Source of the DNA: Patescibacteria group bacterium
Lineage (GTDB): Bacteria > Omnitrophota > Gorgyraeia > Gygaellales > Profunditerraquicolaceae
Direction of reading: 5' to 3'
NCBI GenBank assembly: GCA_035506195.1
Contig: DATJPV010000025.1
Span: 22,494 to 86,493, forward strand
DNA: 64,000 nucleotides
This document shows positions 34,480 through 44,265 of this stretch, piece by piece. Below the pieces are notes generated by a model, which saw only the letters and a list, made by a program, of their open reading frames with translations, ran no database searches and had not been told where the DNA came from. A program made the translations under genes and the position numbers. Each line of letters begins with the position of its first letter. The stretch's first letter is position 1.

Positions 34480-37400
34480 TTAGGGTCCGGGTCCGCTAAA
34501 GAGCCAGGGATCATAGTCAACGCTGTCCGGGCCGCCGATCTGACCGTTGATGTAGGGGTCGCTATCCTGGCCCCACCAGTTATTCTCCGCCAGGAGCCCG
34601 TCTATCCCGGAGTCATTCCTCAAATCATAGTTGCTATTACCATAGAGACCATTATACATAATGTTGACACCCGCTACATCGCCGCCATAGTTGTCGAACG
34701 CAATTCCGTCATTGCCGTTGTTGATGATACTGTTATTGAGAATAGTAACGTAATCTCCCGGGAAATCATCGCCCAGAGTAGAGAACGTGCCGTTAGCGAA
34801 GTACACGCCGGTGCCGCTATTGTCAGAGACGGCGTTATCGTTGATGACCAGGCGCGAGACGGTTGAATCATTATAGTTCTCGACGCGAATACCATCGCCG
34901 GAGTTTCCGGTGATCTCATTGCTCAGGATGCCATACTGATCCGCAGCCGAGTAATCATCGTTATAGATTTTGATACCGGTACCGATGTTGTCGGAGATGG
35001 TGTTTCCTGCGATGGTAACGCGCGTAGAGGTTGAGAACGAGTAGTTGTCGATATAGATACCGTCTCCGGAGTTGCCGACGATATCGTTGTTGGCGATCGC
35101 GAAATTATCCAGAGTAGAGACATCCTCATTGTAAATAGCGATGCCGTCGCCGCCATTGCCGCCGTATTCTTCGCCGTTAGCGCCGATGGTGTTGCCTATG
35201 ATATTGACATCCGACATGGCTGAAGACTCGTAGTTGTCCAGATCGATGCCGGTGCCGGAGTTGTCGGAGATGGTATTGTTCAGGATATTAAGGTTGCTCA
35301 TATCCGCGCCATACCAGTTATCGACAGCGATACCTTCGTCGGAATTATTGGTAATAGTATTGCCCTCGATGGTGAAGTAATCTTCGGGAACATTATTGCC
35401 GACTTGCCCGCCATTGTAATTGCCCAGGTATATGCCGGTGCCGGTGTTGTCGGAGATGGTGTTATCTTTGATGTCGAAACGCGAAAGGGTCGAGGTACCT
35501 GAAGTGCCGTCGTTCTCGATGTGGATGCCATCGCCGTTATTGCCAATGATGGTATTGTCGGAGATGGTAAAGTTATCCATCGAAGAGTTTTCATGGTTGT
35601 AGATATCGATACCGTCACCGTTGTTGCCTTCGCCTTCTTCGCTTCCGCCGATGGTGTTGCCGGAGATGGTCACATCCGACATATCGGCTTTGTTATAGTT
35701 GTTTAAAACAATACCGTTGGCAACGCCGGTGGCCTCGTTTCCTTGAATGGTATTATCCTGGATATTAAGATTAGCTATATCCGCACCATCTTCGTTCTCA
35801 ACGTGAATGCCGTTATTGCTGTTGTTGGAGATGGTGTTGTTGGAGATGGTGAAGTAGTCGTCGATAACGTAATTGCCGATCTGCGCATCGTTGTAATTGC
35901 CTACAAAGATGCCGCTTCCGGTGTTATCGGTAATGGTATTGTCATCGCCGATCTTGAAGCGCGAGATGGTTGAGTCATTAAAGTTCTCGATATGGATACC
36001 GTCGCCGGAGTTTCCGATGATCTGGTTACTGGAAATCTCGAACTGATCGATATTGGAGTAATCATCATTGTAGATATCGATACCCGGGCCGCTGTTGCCT
36101 AGGCCTGCTTCGATTCCGCCGATGGTGTTGCCGGAGATGGTGATTTCCGACATGACGGAGTGATCATAGTTGTCGATGTAAATACCGGATTTTTCGGCGG
36201 CGTTTCCGGTAATGGTATTATCCCGGATATTGACGTTGTTCATGGTAGCGCCATACCAGTTATCGATCCCGATGCCGTCAGAGTTGTTACCGGTGATCTC
36301 GTTATTGTTGATGTTGAAGTAGTCGCCGTCAGTCCAATTGCCGACTTGCCCGCCATAGTAATTGCCCAGGTATACGCCGGTGCCGGTATTGTCGGAGACG
36401 GTGTTATCTTTGATGTCAACGTTGGAAAGGGTCCCGCCATACCAGTTCTCGATATGGATACCGTCGCCGGAGTTTCCGATAATATCGTTGTTGGAAATCT
36501 CCAAATCATAAAGGAGGGAATCGTCGTTGTAAATGTAAATACCGTCACCGGTATTGGCTTCGCCTTCGCCGGTGCCGCCGATGGTGTTGCCGGAGATGGT
36601 AACATCCGACATGACAGAGCCATTCGTATTCTGCACATAGATCCCATCGCCTTTATTGCCGGTAATGACGTTATCGGCAATAAGCAGGCCAGACATGAAG
36701 GAGTTATTATTATTTTCGATGTGGATACCGCTGACCAAACCGGTATTGCCGGTAATAGTGTTATTGGTGATCTCAATGCCGCCGGTTGAAAGCGCATTCG
36801 TATTCACAATGCGTATACCTTCGCCGTTTTCGGTAATGTAGTTATCGTGGATGGTGGCGTTGGTTATATCTTTGCCGTATATACCGTATCCGCCGTGCTG
36901 GAGTTTGAGCCCCTGTATGGTATTGTGATCAGACATACCGATGACATATTCGCCGCTGTCTGCGTCAACTACCGGATAATCGGTAACGGGTAAGCCCTTG
37001 AAACCGCCCGTGGTCGCGCTTCCCCAAAGTACGGTAGTATCGGCCAGATCGAAGTCTCCCACGTAGCTGTCTCCCGTACCTCTGAAAACATATATATATT
37101 TCACTGTCCCGCCCTGGCCTACATAGCGCGGGTCGGAAAGCGCCTCTGCCATGGTGGGCCAAGGATGCGCCAGGGTTCCGTCTTTGGTGCCGGTGTTGCT
37201 GTTGTCGACATAAATAATATCCATATCCGGTACGGACTGTATGGGAGAGGTGCCGTTGGAGATAACCCGAATATCCGTATCCCTGACCACTCTTTCAAAC
37301 AATCTTTCCTTAATATAGGAATCGTTGGGCATAGAGGAAGACTTAAACGGATTCCGCATATCCCTGACCTTGCCTAATGCGAAGGGGACGGTAACCCGTA

Positions 37401-38184
37401 CGCCTCCGATGAATTCGCTTTCGCCGGCATTCCTCTCATTGAAATTCAAGTCTATTGCCAGCCATTTGTTCAGGTCGGTTTCCGATCTTACCTTCCAGCC
37501 GTTCACATCCTTTCCGTATCTTGAATTAAAGAAGAACCCGCCGAAATAAATGCGGGATCTGAGCTCCTTGGGGATAAGGGGAACGCCGAATTCGAAATCA
37601 TACCCTCTCAACGGCTCTTCAACATTGTATACACGCAGGAGAGAAGAAGGGCCGAGTTTGTAACTATCTGTGGCTTCAAGGGCTTTTGCCTTTGTTTGAG
37701 GATCATAGAAGTTAAAACGGAAATCGAAAGGCTGTGATAAGAATTCAACGCCTGTTCCTACCTGGCTATACCATTTGTCGTTCTCGGAAAGCTTCCTGTC
37801 AAAGAAGACGTTCAGGCCCAGGATATAGTTATCGGAGAATATATGCCGGATACCCGCGCCCATATTTGATTCCGAGCCGGCCGGGACAAAGGCATCCTCT
37901 TTGGTATTCATGAAAAGGAGGGTGTCTCGATCTTTACTATAGTAAAGCGGCAGGAGATAATCGGCGTAGAATATCCCCCTTCCTTCGGTAGAGCCTGCGG
38001 CAGAGAGGCGGATCTTACCGGGCCAATAGTTGCTATCATCTTTGGTGGTTCCGCTGGTTTGCGCGAAACTAATGCCGTAGCCCGGGGCTACCAGTAAGGT
38101 AATCGCCATCAATAAAGCCACTATTCTTTTTACCATCTCTCCCCCTTTTTTTAACTTCTTTATCATGATCAGGTTAGGATACAA
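34480..38184 (-). CDS. inverse-autotransporter-type outer-membrane adhesin with parallel beta-helix (PbH1) repeat passenger
   Basis: Signal peptide, then an N-terminal ~300-aa region resembling the intimin/invasin beta-barrel domain (GKIRLSAAGSTEGRGIFYADYLLPLYY...GAGIRH...LGLNVFFD). About 750 aa of NxTIxGN-type beta-helix coils follow, organised as four ~155-aa tandem units. Confidence 0.65.
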   Translation of the reverse strand: MYPNLIMIKKLKKGGEMVKRIVALLMAITLLVAPGYGISFAQTSGTTKDDSNYWPGKIRLSAAGSTEGRGIFYADYLLPLYYSKDRDTLLFMNTKEDAFVPAGSESNMGAGIRHIFSDNYILGLNVFFDRKLSENDKWYSQVGTGVEFLSQPFDFRFNFYDPQTKAKALEATDSYKLGPSSLLRVYNVEEPLRGYDFEFGVPLIPKELRSRIYFGGFFFNSRYGKDVNGWKVRSETDLNKWLAIDLNFNERNAGESEFIGGVRVTVPFALGKVRDMRNPFKSSSMPNDSYIKERLFERVVRDTDIRVISNGTSPIQSVPDMDIIYVDNSNTGTKDGTLAHPWPTMAEALSDPRYVGQGGTVKYIYVFRGTGDSYVGDFDLADTTVLWGSATTGGFKGLPVTDYPVVDADSGEYVIGMSDHNTIQGLKLQHGGYGIYGKDITNATIHDNYITENGEGIRIVNTNALSTGGIEITNNTITGNTGLVSGIHIENNNNSFMSGLLIADNVITGNKGDGIYVQNTNGSVMSDVTISGNTIGGTGEGEANTGDGIYIYNDDSLLYDLEISNNDIIGNSGDGIHIENWYGGTLSNVDIKDNTVSDNTGTGVYLGNYYGGQVGNWTDGDYFNINNNEITGNNSDGIGIDNWYGATMNNVNIRDNTITGNAAEKSGIYIDNYDHSVMSEITISGNTIGGIEAGLGNSGPGIDIYNDDYSNIDQFEISSNQIIGNSGDGIHIENFNDSTISRFKIGDDNTITDNTGSGIFVGNYNDAQIGNYVIDDYFTISNNTISNNSNNGIHVENEDGADIANLNIQDNTIQGNEATGVANGIVLNNYNKADMSDVTISGNTIGGSEEGEGNNGDGIDIYNHENSSMDNFTISDNTIIGNNGDGIHIENDGTSGTSTLSRFDIKDNTISDNTGTGIYLGNYNGGQVGNNVPEDYFTIEGNTITNNSDEGIAVDNWYGADMSNLNILNNTISDNSGTGIDLDNYESSAMSDVNIIGNTIGANGEEYGGNGGDGIAIYNEDVSTLDNFAIANNDIVGNSGDGIYIDNYSFSTSTRVTIAGNTISDNIGTGIKIYNDDYSAADQYGILSNEITGNSGDGIRVENYNDSTVSRLVINDNAVSDNSGTGVYFANGTFSTLGDDFPGDYVTILNNSIINNGNDGIAFDNYGGDVAGVNIMYNGLYGNSNYDLRNDSGIDGLLAENNWWGQDSDPYINGQIGGPDSVDYDPWLFSGPGP
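34735..36606. repeat. four in-frame tandem repeats of ~465 bp inside the adhesin gene
   Basis: Repeat heads are MSDVTISGNTIGG, MSEITISGNTIGG, MSDVTISGNTIGG and MSDVNIIGNTIGA, at aa 527, 682, 839 and 993. The repetition produces many spurious ORFs on both strands in this interval. Confidence 0.75.
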
Positions 38185-38232
38185 TATATAAAAGCAGTAT
38201 ATTAATAATGCCGGGATCTGTCAAGTATTTTT

Positions 38233-38706
38233 TCAGCGATTTTGATCGGCGCCTTTTTTCTTTTCTCGCTGGTCATGAAGCCGCTCTTTTCTGATCTCTT
38301 GCTGCTTTTCCGCGATCTGCTGAAATTTGGCAAACTGTTCAGGCGTCAGGAGTTCCTTCAGGGTAAAAATGCGGCTTATCCTGCCGTCGATCAGTTGCGC
38401 CTGCAGGGATTTGAGGCTGCTGACGAGCGGATCGACCGAGGCGCGAGTCACCTCGGGGCTCTTCAGGGCCTTTTGTAATTCCACCTCTTTTTCCTTGATC
38501 GCCGTAAGCAGCTTGACGAGTTCGTCACGCTGTGTCTTGCGGTTTTCCTCCAGCTTTTTCTGCTGTTCCGCAGTCAAGTTAAGCTCTTTGGCAAGGCGGC
38601 TTTTCTCGACGGCAGCGTGCTGAGATGCCTCGTCCGTTGTCTGGGCGCACACCGTTGCTGAGCTTAAGAAAATTACGGCCAATCCAATGCCTAATGTCCT
38701 CTTCAT
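38233..38706 (-). CDS. Spy/CpxP-family periplasmic chaperone-like protein
   Basis: Signal peptide, then two LTxxQ motifs (LTAEQQKKL and LTPEQFAKF) in a helical, Lys/Glu-rich 157-aa protein. Confidence 0.6.
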   Translation of the reverse strand: MKRTLGIGLAVIFLSSATVCAQTTDEASQHAAVEKSRLAKELNLTAEQQKKLEENRKTQRDELVKLLTAIKEKEVELQKALKSPEVTRASVDPLVSSLKSLQAQLIDGRISRIFTLKELLTPEQFAKFQQIAEKQQEIRKERLHDQREKKKGADQNR

Positions 38707-38793
38707 CCTCGTGCCTCCTTTTAAGTGGACATGAACAAGTATAGCGTTGTGTAATCCGATATTATATGGAGAACGCCTCGTTATTACAAGAAT

Positions 38794-39174
38794 TTATTTT
38801 CCGATGTTTTTTTCGGCAATATCCCCGGCTACCGGCAGCTTGAATGTATCTCCCTGATAGGCCTTGACCATCAGGATAATCCACAAGATCACCGCCACCA
38901 GCCAAAGCAGTTTGGTTATCAGAACGAAGAATTGGAACATGAAATATAAATGTATCATTATGAAAATCTGGAAAAAGAGCGAAAGGGCAAAACCTAGAAC
39001 CGAAAGCGCGCCAAAGACGATGATCGACTGCAGGGCATGGAAACGGACAAATTTGTTATCTTTTTCGATAAGAAACATGATCAATCCGCTGACCCATCCT
39101 GCCGCGTAGGCGACCAGCCCCGCTACGTTGGCTTGCATTCCCGTAGAAGTTTTTCCCAGGTCTTTCGTCTCCAT
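38794..39174 (-). CDS. DUF4870-like small membrane protein
   Basis: 126 aa, three TM helices, with a conserved FHALQS block. Confidence 0.45.
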   Translation of the reverse strand: METKDLGKTSTGMQANVAGLVAYAAGWVSGLIMFLIEKDNKFVRFHALQSIIVFGALSVLGFALSLFFQIFIMIHLYFMFQFFVLITKLLWLVAVILWIILMVKAYQGDTFKLPVAGDIAEKNIGK

Positions 39175-39191
39175 GCCTCCTCCTTTTTTAT

Positions 39192-42100
39192 CTATGGTTT
39201 AGGAGCGATCTTGAAGCTTAAGGATTTTTTGACTGCCGCGCCGCCTGTATCGGTAACGGTATATTCGACCTTATAGTCCCCTGCATTCGGGTACGCATGG
39301 GTGATGCTCTTGGATACCGTGCCTTGTCCAGAATCGGTTTGACCGTCGCCGAAGGAAAGCGTCCAATTCGCAATGGGATACGAACCCTCTTGCGCCTTTA
39401 TCGTAAAACTAAAACCCCCTTTGACTGAAGCTTTCGCAAGCGTCAGCTTGGGGGACAGAGCCAAGACCGTAATAGTAGTATTGATCGCCTCCGCAGGCGC
39501 GCAGGTTTGGCCCGCCTTAAGAGTTGCGGCCAGGTTCACCTGATACGTGCCGGCAGCCGCATACGTATGCGTAAGCATAACATCTGCATCCGCCTCGCTC
39601 TTTTTGCCGTCACCCCAATCCAACACACAGGAAGCCGCGACCTTTACCCCCTTCTGTGTCTGCGCAACGGGCTTGAGAGAAATTTCCTTGTTCGCATAGG
39701 CAACCGAAGGCTTACCTACGAGCTTGAGCACGGCCTTTTGAGCGGCGGTACTCTGGCTCTCGCCGGCTTGCGCCTGTTGCGTGTGCGCCTGGCCAGCCTG
39801 CGTGGCTGCGTTTGCCTGCAGCGAAACCGTCGCAGCAAGCGCCAGGACGGTATTATCCGCGGCAACGGCGCTAAAAGTAACCTGTTTCGGCGAAGTTGAA
39901 GAATAATTAGTAAGCGCGTAGCTGGTTGTGTTTATATCGGCGATTTCCACGGGTGGCTGCGTGCCGACCTTGATGGTATATTTCCCGAATTTTTCCGGAT
40001 AGGGGAATTTCGTCCAGCTGAAAGTAACCGCAGATTGCGTCTGAGCAGCCTTAAAATCCCAGAGGCTGCCTCCGAAAAGCTGGTACTCTTTCACTTCGCC
40101 CTCTCCGACATTATTCCATTTGTCTTTTGCCTTAACTTTGATCCTGTAGGTGCCGGGCTTAAGGCCGGAGCCCTGAATAAGCACGAGATGATCGGAGACC
40201 CCGCTGCCCGGAGAAGACATCCCCTCTTTAAAGGGCGTATTCTTGATCTGGCCCTGAGGGTCTTGATATTCAACGGAGCTTTTCCCTTTTTCGTCATCAA
40301 GCTTGAACTTTACCTGCAGGGCGCCTTGCCCGGCCTGGGTTATCTCGATCTGCGACGGGACAGGCCCCTTCTTATCCGCAGGGCAGGTGACGGTAACATT
40401 GCGGGTCGAGGCGCTTTCTATGGAAACGAAATCCTGCGCCGGAAGGATATTTTCCGTAGCGGTTGCGGCAGGCGTAACGGAGATGGTAAAGATATGCTCG
40501 TTGTCGTCATTGAACGTCCCGGCCTTGGCTGCCTTGCCCTGCATATCCGTAGTAAGCTGGGCAATGGTCGCGCCTCCCTCCTGAACCAGGACCGAGGCTC
40601 CTTTGACTGCCTTATTCGCCTGGTCCTTCACCGCGATATTCAGAGCGTAATTACGTTTGACCAGCGTTACCGGAAGGCCGATGAAACGGCCGCAGGAATT
40701 GACGGTAATGCCTACGGTAGCCGTTTTATAAGTGTCCTTGCTTACCGTAAAGGTATAGATACCGGGATTCAAGCCCGAGCTGATCACCCAGGCGCCGCTG
40801 ACGGTGGTAGTGGTACTTATAGGAGCGCCTGCGGAATTTTTTCCGCAAACTGTTGCGCCGGGAATGCCGTTACCCTGGCTGTCCAGCGCATACCCTGCGC
40901 GCGCAGGGACCTTCTCGACATTGATGACCGCCTCTGCCAAGGGCCCCTGGGCGGTATTGGAAACGGCCAGCTCTGTCGAGCCGGGTTGATAACAGGCATT
41001 TCCTTCCGTCTGGAGGGTATACGTGGTCCCCCGGTCGACGATAACGTCGTTGCTGGTGCCGCTGGGACCTGAGCTTACCGACACCTTGAAATCTATATCC
41101 GTATTCTTGGTCAGGATGATGGGCATATCCGGTATGGACCTATTTCCCTCGGAAGGAGAACATACGCGTATCTTTACCGTAGGCGGCGGGCTTCCCGGCA
41201 GCGTAGTAACGGTGCCCGTATAGCCAACCGCATCCTGCGGGTTACCCGTCTCATCGTTATTAGTAAAGGTCCAGGAACGCAAGTTGTAATAATATTTCGT
41301 ATTCGGCTCCAGGCCCGTAAGCCTTAAGCCGTGGCTGGTCTCAAACTGCCGCGGCCCCTCCCGCGTTACCCAGCCCTGAGTCACGACATCGCCGACCTTT
41401 TTGACCGCCATCACGTAGTTAAGGGAAAGGTCCGGCGAAGGAGAGAACATGACTTCCGTCGAGGAAAGCTGATTAGTGGTCCATGCGAAATCCACGTAAT
41501 CCGGCCCCGCGATTGCGCTGGGAGCACTTAAGGTAAGCGCATTGCATGTTTGCCTCTCAACGCGCTCAGGGCATGTGCCGGCGACGGTGGTAGCGGTTAT
41601 CTCTTTTCCCGGGATAGCCTCGCCGCTTTGGTTGACGCAGTCAACGGTAAAACGATACGCGCTACCCTGGGCCAGATTAGGCACGATCACGTTATGCGCT
41701 GTTTTAAAGGTGCTTTCGATGACGGTAGCCACGAGCGTATTGCCGTTATATGCCTTAACCGTGCCCTTAAGAGGCACGCAAGGGCTTGCCCAGTTAACGG
41801 ATACGGAGGTGCACCCGGGGTTGGCCCGTAAACTCTGCACCAGGGAATCGGATTGCCGGATAGGCACTTCGATCTTGAACGGATCCCCGGTCGCATCCAG
41901 TACTGCGCTGGTATAGGTAACGGTCTTCTCTACGTTATCCAGGTCAAGAGGTATTACCGATATCTGAACGCTGGCGGTCAGGCCCTGCACGAGCCTGAAT
42001 TCGTACGCGATATCTTCTACCGAAATGGTCAGGTTATCGCCCGGTACGATAAAAGGGGTGATGTCCCGGAAAGTGACCGTCTGGAACTGATTCATGTTAT

Positions 42101-42980
42101 TGAAATAGAGCGTATAAAGGCCGCTGCCTTTGCCCCCCGGGATGTAGACGCGCAGGTTGACCCGCAGCCGTACCCCTTCCAGCTTGAAATAGGGGTCCCC
42201 TTTCAAGGTCAGCGTCGGGGCATCGTATAAGACGCTAAGCGCCTTCTCGGTATAATCCTGAAGCTTGGCCATCGCCTCGGAATCCGAACAGAACGTTGCA
42301 AGCTTTATCAAGCGCATGGCATTGGTCCTGGCGCTTTCGGGGATCTTGCCCAGGATATCCGGGGCCAGGTCCTCTACCTTATATTTGGAGATCTCCACGG
42401 TAATGAGGTCCCGTTGATTATGGTAGGAGTCTGTCTTACCCAGAGGAAGCGCGCCTTGCGTGGAGGTGTTGACGCCGATATTACTGACGGCGCTGGCAAC
42501 CGAATCCCCTACTTTGGGGATCTTGGCGACCAATTCCCAAAAATCCATGGGCACGTCAAACCAGGGAAGGTCTATAGGGACTCCGCTTACCCCCACAAAA
42601 CCAAGCTGTATCTTATTCGGAAAGGAAATGCCGAAAGCGGACTGAAAGGTGTTGTACCCGGCGGCTGCGGGCTCTGCCTTGACCCCGAAGACGAAATCCT
42701 CTCCTGAGCGCGCGGCATCCGGGTCATACCGGAAGGTAAGCCTCACCGGCGTCTTGATGGTGATCGTGCCATCCGAGATCAAAAACCCCAATTTACAGCG
42801 AAAACCGACTTGCGCCAGAGGAAGCCAGGGCGACCAGTGCGTCTCCGGCACCGGTTTTCCCTGAAAGCTCCACTCCAGGGGGCCGTACTCATGCGAAACT
42901 TCCGTTGCCGCAGCGTACGCATAAAAGAGCGCGATAAGAAAGAAAACAGAAATCCCGACAGCCTTCATTCTGTTCTTCAT
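39192..42980 (-). CDS. large secreted/surface protein with Ig-like, carboxypeptidase-regulatory-like and two C-terminal PKD domains
   Basis: Signal peptide. Two PKD signatures (LDWGDGK...HTYAAAGTYQV and WTLSFGDGQT...HAYPNAGDYKV). A CarbopepD_reg-like segment (PGATVCGKN...GIYTFTVSKDTYKT). Thr/Ser/Gly-rich throughout. Confidence 0.7.
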   Translation of the reverse strand: MKNRMKAVGISVFFLIALFYAYAAATEVSHEYGPLEWSFQGKPVPETHWSPWLPLAQVGFRCKLGFLISDGTITIKTPVRLTFRYDPDAARSGEDFVFGVKAEPAAAGYNTFQSAFGISFPNKIQLGFVGVSGVPIDLPWFDVPMDFWELVAKIPKVGDSVASAVSNIGVNTSTQGALPLGKTDSYHNQRDLITVEISKYKVEDLAPDILGKIPESARTNAMRLIKLATFCSDSEAMAKLQDYTEKALSVLYDAPTLTLKGDPYFKLEGVRLRVNLRVYIPGGKGSGLYTLYFNNMNQFQTVTFRDITPFIVPGDNLTISVEDIAYEFRLVQGLTASVQISVIPLDLDNVEKTVTYTSAVLDATGDPFKIEVPIRQSDSLVQSLRANPGCTSVSVNWASPCVPLKGTVKAYNGNTLVATVIESTFKTAHNVIVPNLAQGSAYRFTVDCVNQSGEAIPGKEITATTVAGTCPERVERQTCNALTLSAPSAIAGPDYVDFAWTTNQLSSTEVMFSPSPDLSLNYVMAVKKVGDVVTQGWVTREGPRQFETSHGLRLTGLEPNTKYYYNLRSWTFTNNDETGNPQDAVGYTGTVTTLPGSPPPTVKIRVCSPSEGNRSIPDMPIILTKNTDIDFKVSVSSGPSGTSNDVIVDRGTTYTLQTEGNACYQPGSTELAVSNTAQGPLAEAVINVEKVPARAGYALDSQGNGIPGATVCGKNSAGAPISTTTTVSGAWVISSGLNPGIYTFTVSKDTYKTATVGITVNSCGRFIGLPVTLVKRNYALNIAVKDQANKAVKGASVLVQEGGATIAQLTTDMQGKAAKAGTFNDDNEHIFTISVTPAATATENILPAQDFVSIESASTRNVTVTCPADKKGPVPSQIEITQAGQGALQVKFKLDDEKGKSSVEYQDPQGQIKNTPFKEGMSSPGSGVSDHLVLIQGSGLKPGTYRIKVKAKDKWNNVGEGEVKEYQLFGGSLWDFKAAQTQSAVTFSWTKFPYPEKFGKYTIKVGTQPPVEIADINTTSYALTNYSSTSPKQVTFSAVAADNTVLALAATVSLQANAATQAGQAHTQQAQAGESQSTAAQKAVLKLVGKPSVAYANKEISLKPVAQTQKGVKVAASCVLDWGDGKKSEADADVMLTHTYAAAGTYQVNLAATLKAGQTCAPAEAINTTITVLALSPKLTLAKASVKGGFSFTIKAQEGSYPIANWTLSFGDGQTDSGQGTVSKSITHAYPNAGDYKVEYTVTDTGGAAVKKSLSFKIAPKP

Positions 42981-42995
42981 TTTTCTCTCCTTATC

Positions 42996-43592
42996 TTACA
43001 TCAGGCGATCGTACTTGGAGCCCAGCCGGTATGACTCTACGACTATCTGCTGTTTCCTGGTGTCCACATTTATCACCAACGAATAAGACCTCAGGGAAGT
43101 GCTCTTGAACAACGACATCCCTGCGCCACCGCTCCATATCGTAGGCTTACTTCCCAGCCGCGGGCTTGTACTGAAATGCGCGGCGCGCAGTGCGGCATGC
43201 AGGGATTCCCCGTCCTGAGGCGCAAGGTATTTCCTGACCACATAGGTAAACCGGTTCTCCACCACCTCTCCGTCTCTCTTGGTCTCGGGCCTTGCCGACT
43301 CCGAAACGATCCGGGCGTCCCCGAAAAGCCTTTTCAATACCGGCCGTATCGCGCTATCCAGGTCCCTGACTTCGGCTGCCTGGGCTTGCGTATCTTTTGC
43401 GCTGTTGAATGCGCGGTTATCGGAAGCGTTCCCGGAAGCCCTGGACTGGCCTGCCGCAGCCTGTTGCGTAAGCTTTTCCAAGCCTGCCTGTGATTTGTAT
43501 TTGGTCGGCTCCTCTCCTTCCTTCTTACTACAGCCGTTACCCGCCGTCACCGCAATACATGCCGCTAAAAACAGATACGCTAATCTGTACAT
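42996..43592 (-). CDS. putative lipoprotein
   Basis: Signal peptide with a lipobox-like LAACIAVTAGNGC. No recognisable domain. Confidence 0.45.
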   Translation of the reverse strand: MYRLAYLFLAACIAVTAGNGCSKKEGEEPTKYKSQAGLEKLTQQAAAGQSRASGNASDNRAFNSAKDTQAQAAEVRDLDSAIRPVLKRLFGDARIVSESARPETKRDGEVVENRFTYVVRKYLAPQDGESLHAALRAAHFSTSPRLGSKPTIWSGGAGMSLFKSTSLRSYSLVINVDTRKQQIVVESYRLGSKYDRLM

Positions 43593-43608
43593 AGGCGCCT
43601 CCCGAAGG

Positions 43609-44265
43609 TTAAAACCGCATGCCGTAAATATAGAACGGTATATCTTTGCCTAAAAAATACCGGAAATAAGACCTTCTCCCCTGAAACAACAATTGAAAAT
43701 TCTGCTTTCTGAAGAACAGGCCTGCCGCATCGGACATGGTTGCCAGATGCACTCCCTTTACTGCCTGTTTTTTCAGGTAATCCAGATAAGCGCTGATAAG
43801 CTTTGTGCCGGTCCCCTCTGCGCGGCACCCCTTGCGGATATTGATATGCAATACCGCCGGATAATCCCGGGAGAAAACCGGAGCCCTGAATTCCCCCTTC
43901 AGGAAGCTCAAGAAGACATGGAAGAGGAACGCGGCGTTCTTTCTGCGAAAAAGCGTGCCCTGTCGCAGCGACTTCATACACAGGGGCAGCGTGATCCTGG
44001 AAGCAGAAATGCTGTCCATGCGCCCTGAGTCTTTTGCGCCCAGCAGATACCCGACTACGTCATGTGCGCGCTCGGCCACAAAACAAGACTGCGGTTCGTA
44101 ATCGGTAAAATATGCCGTCAATGCGTCGGCAAATACCTCGTCGCCGTCAAAAAAAGCGTCGCTCGGCTCGCCCATCAACGCGGTCTCGCAGCATATGCGG
44201 CGGACTGCCTGCCTGTCTTGCGGGGCGTATTTCCTGATCACGATGCTGCCGGGGTCATTTTGCAT
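43609..44265 (-). CDS. GNAT-family N-acetyltransferase
   Basis: 218-aa acyl-CoA N-acyltransferase-like pattern (VVGYLLG ... R/QxxGxG/A-like GCRAEGTGTKLI). Confidence 0.55.
   Translation of the reverse strand: MQNDPGSIVIRKYAPQDRQAVRRICCETALMGEPSDAFFDGDEVFADALTAYFTDYEPQSCFVAERAHDVVGYLLGAKDSGRMDSISASRITLPLCMKSLRQGTLFRRKNAAFLFHVFLSFLKGEFRAPVFSRDYPAVLHINIRKGCRAEGTGTKLISAYLDYLKKQAVKGVHLATMSDAAGLFFRKQNFQLLFQGRRSYFRYFLGKDIPFYIYGMRF

Noticed and set aside
13900-36606. Possible CRISPR array suggested by periodic repeats
   Set aside because: Both repeat-rich intervals (13900..15490 and 34735..36606) are in-frame coding repeats (TPR and beta-helix) with 102-bp or 465-bp periods. They have no short direct repeats with unique spacers and no cas genes.
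34674-36841. Clusters of 60-210-aa ORFs on both strands (for example 36160..36789 plus and 36240..36797 minus)
   Set aside because: They fall inside the 465-bp tandem repeats of the beta-helix adhesin. They are mirror frames of the repeat, not independent genes.
40035-41072. 345-aa plus-strand ORF, and smaller ones at 39507..39899 and 41542..41916
   Set aside because: They are antisense to the 1262-aa PKD surface protein gene. They are Gly/Arg/Ala-rich and lack motifs. Long antisense ORFs are expected in GC-rich coding DNA.
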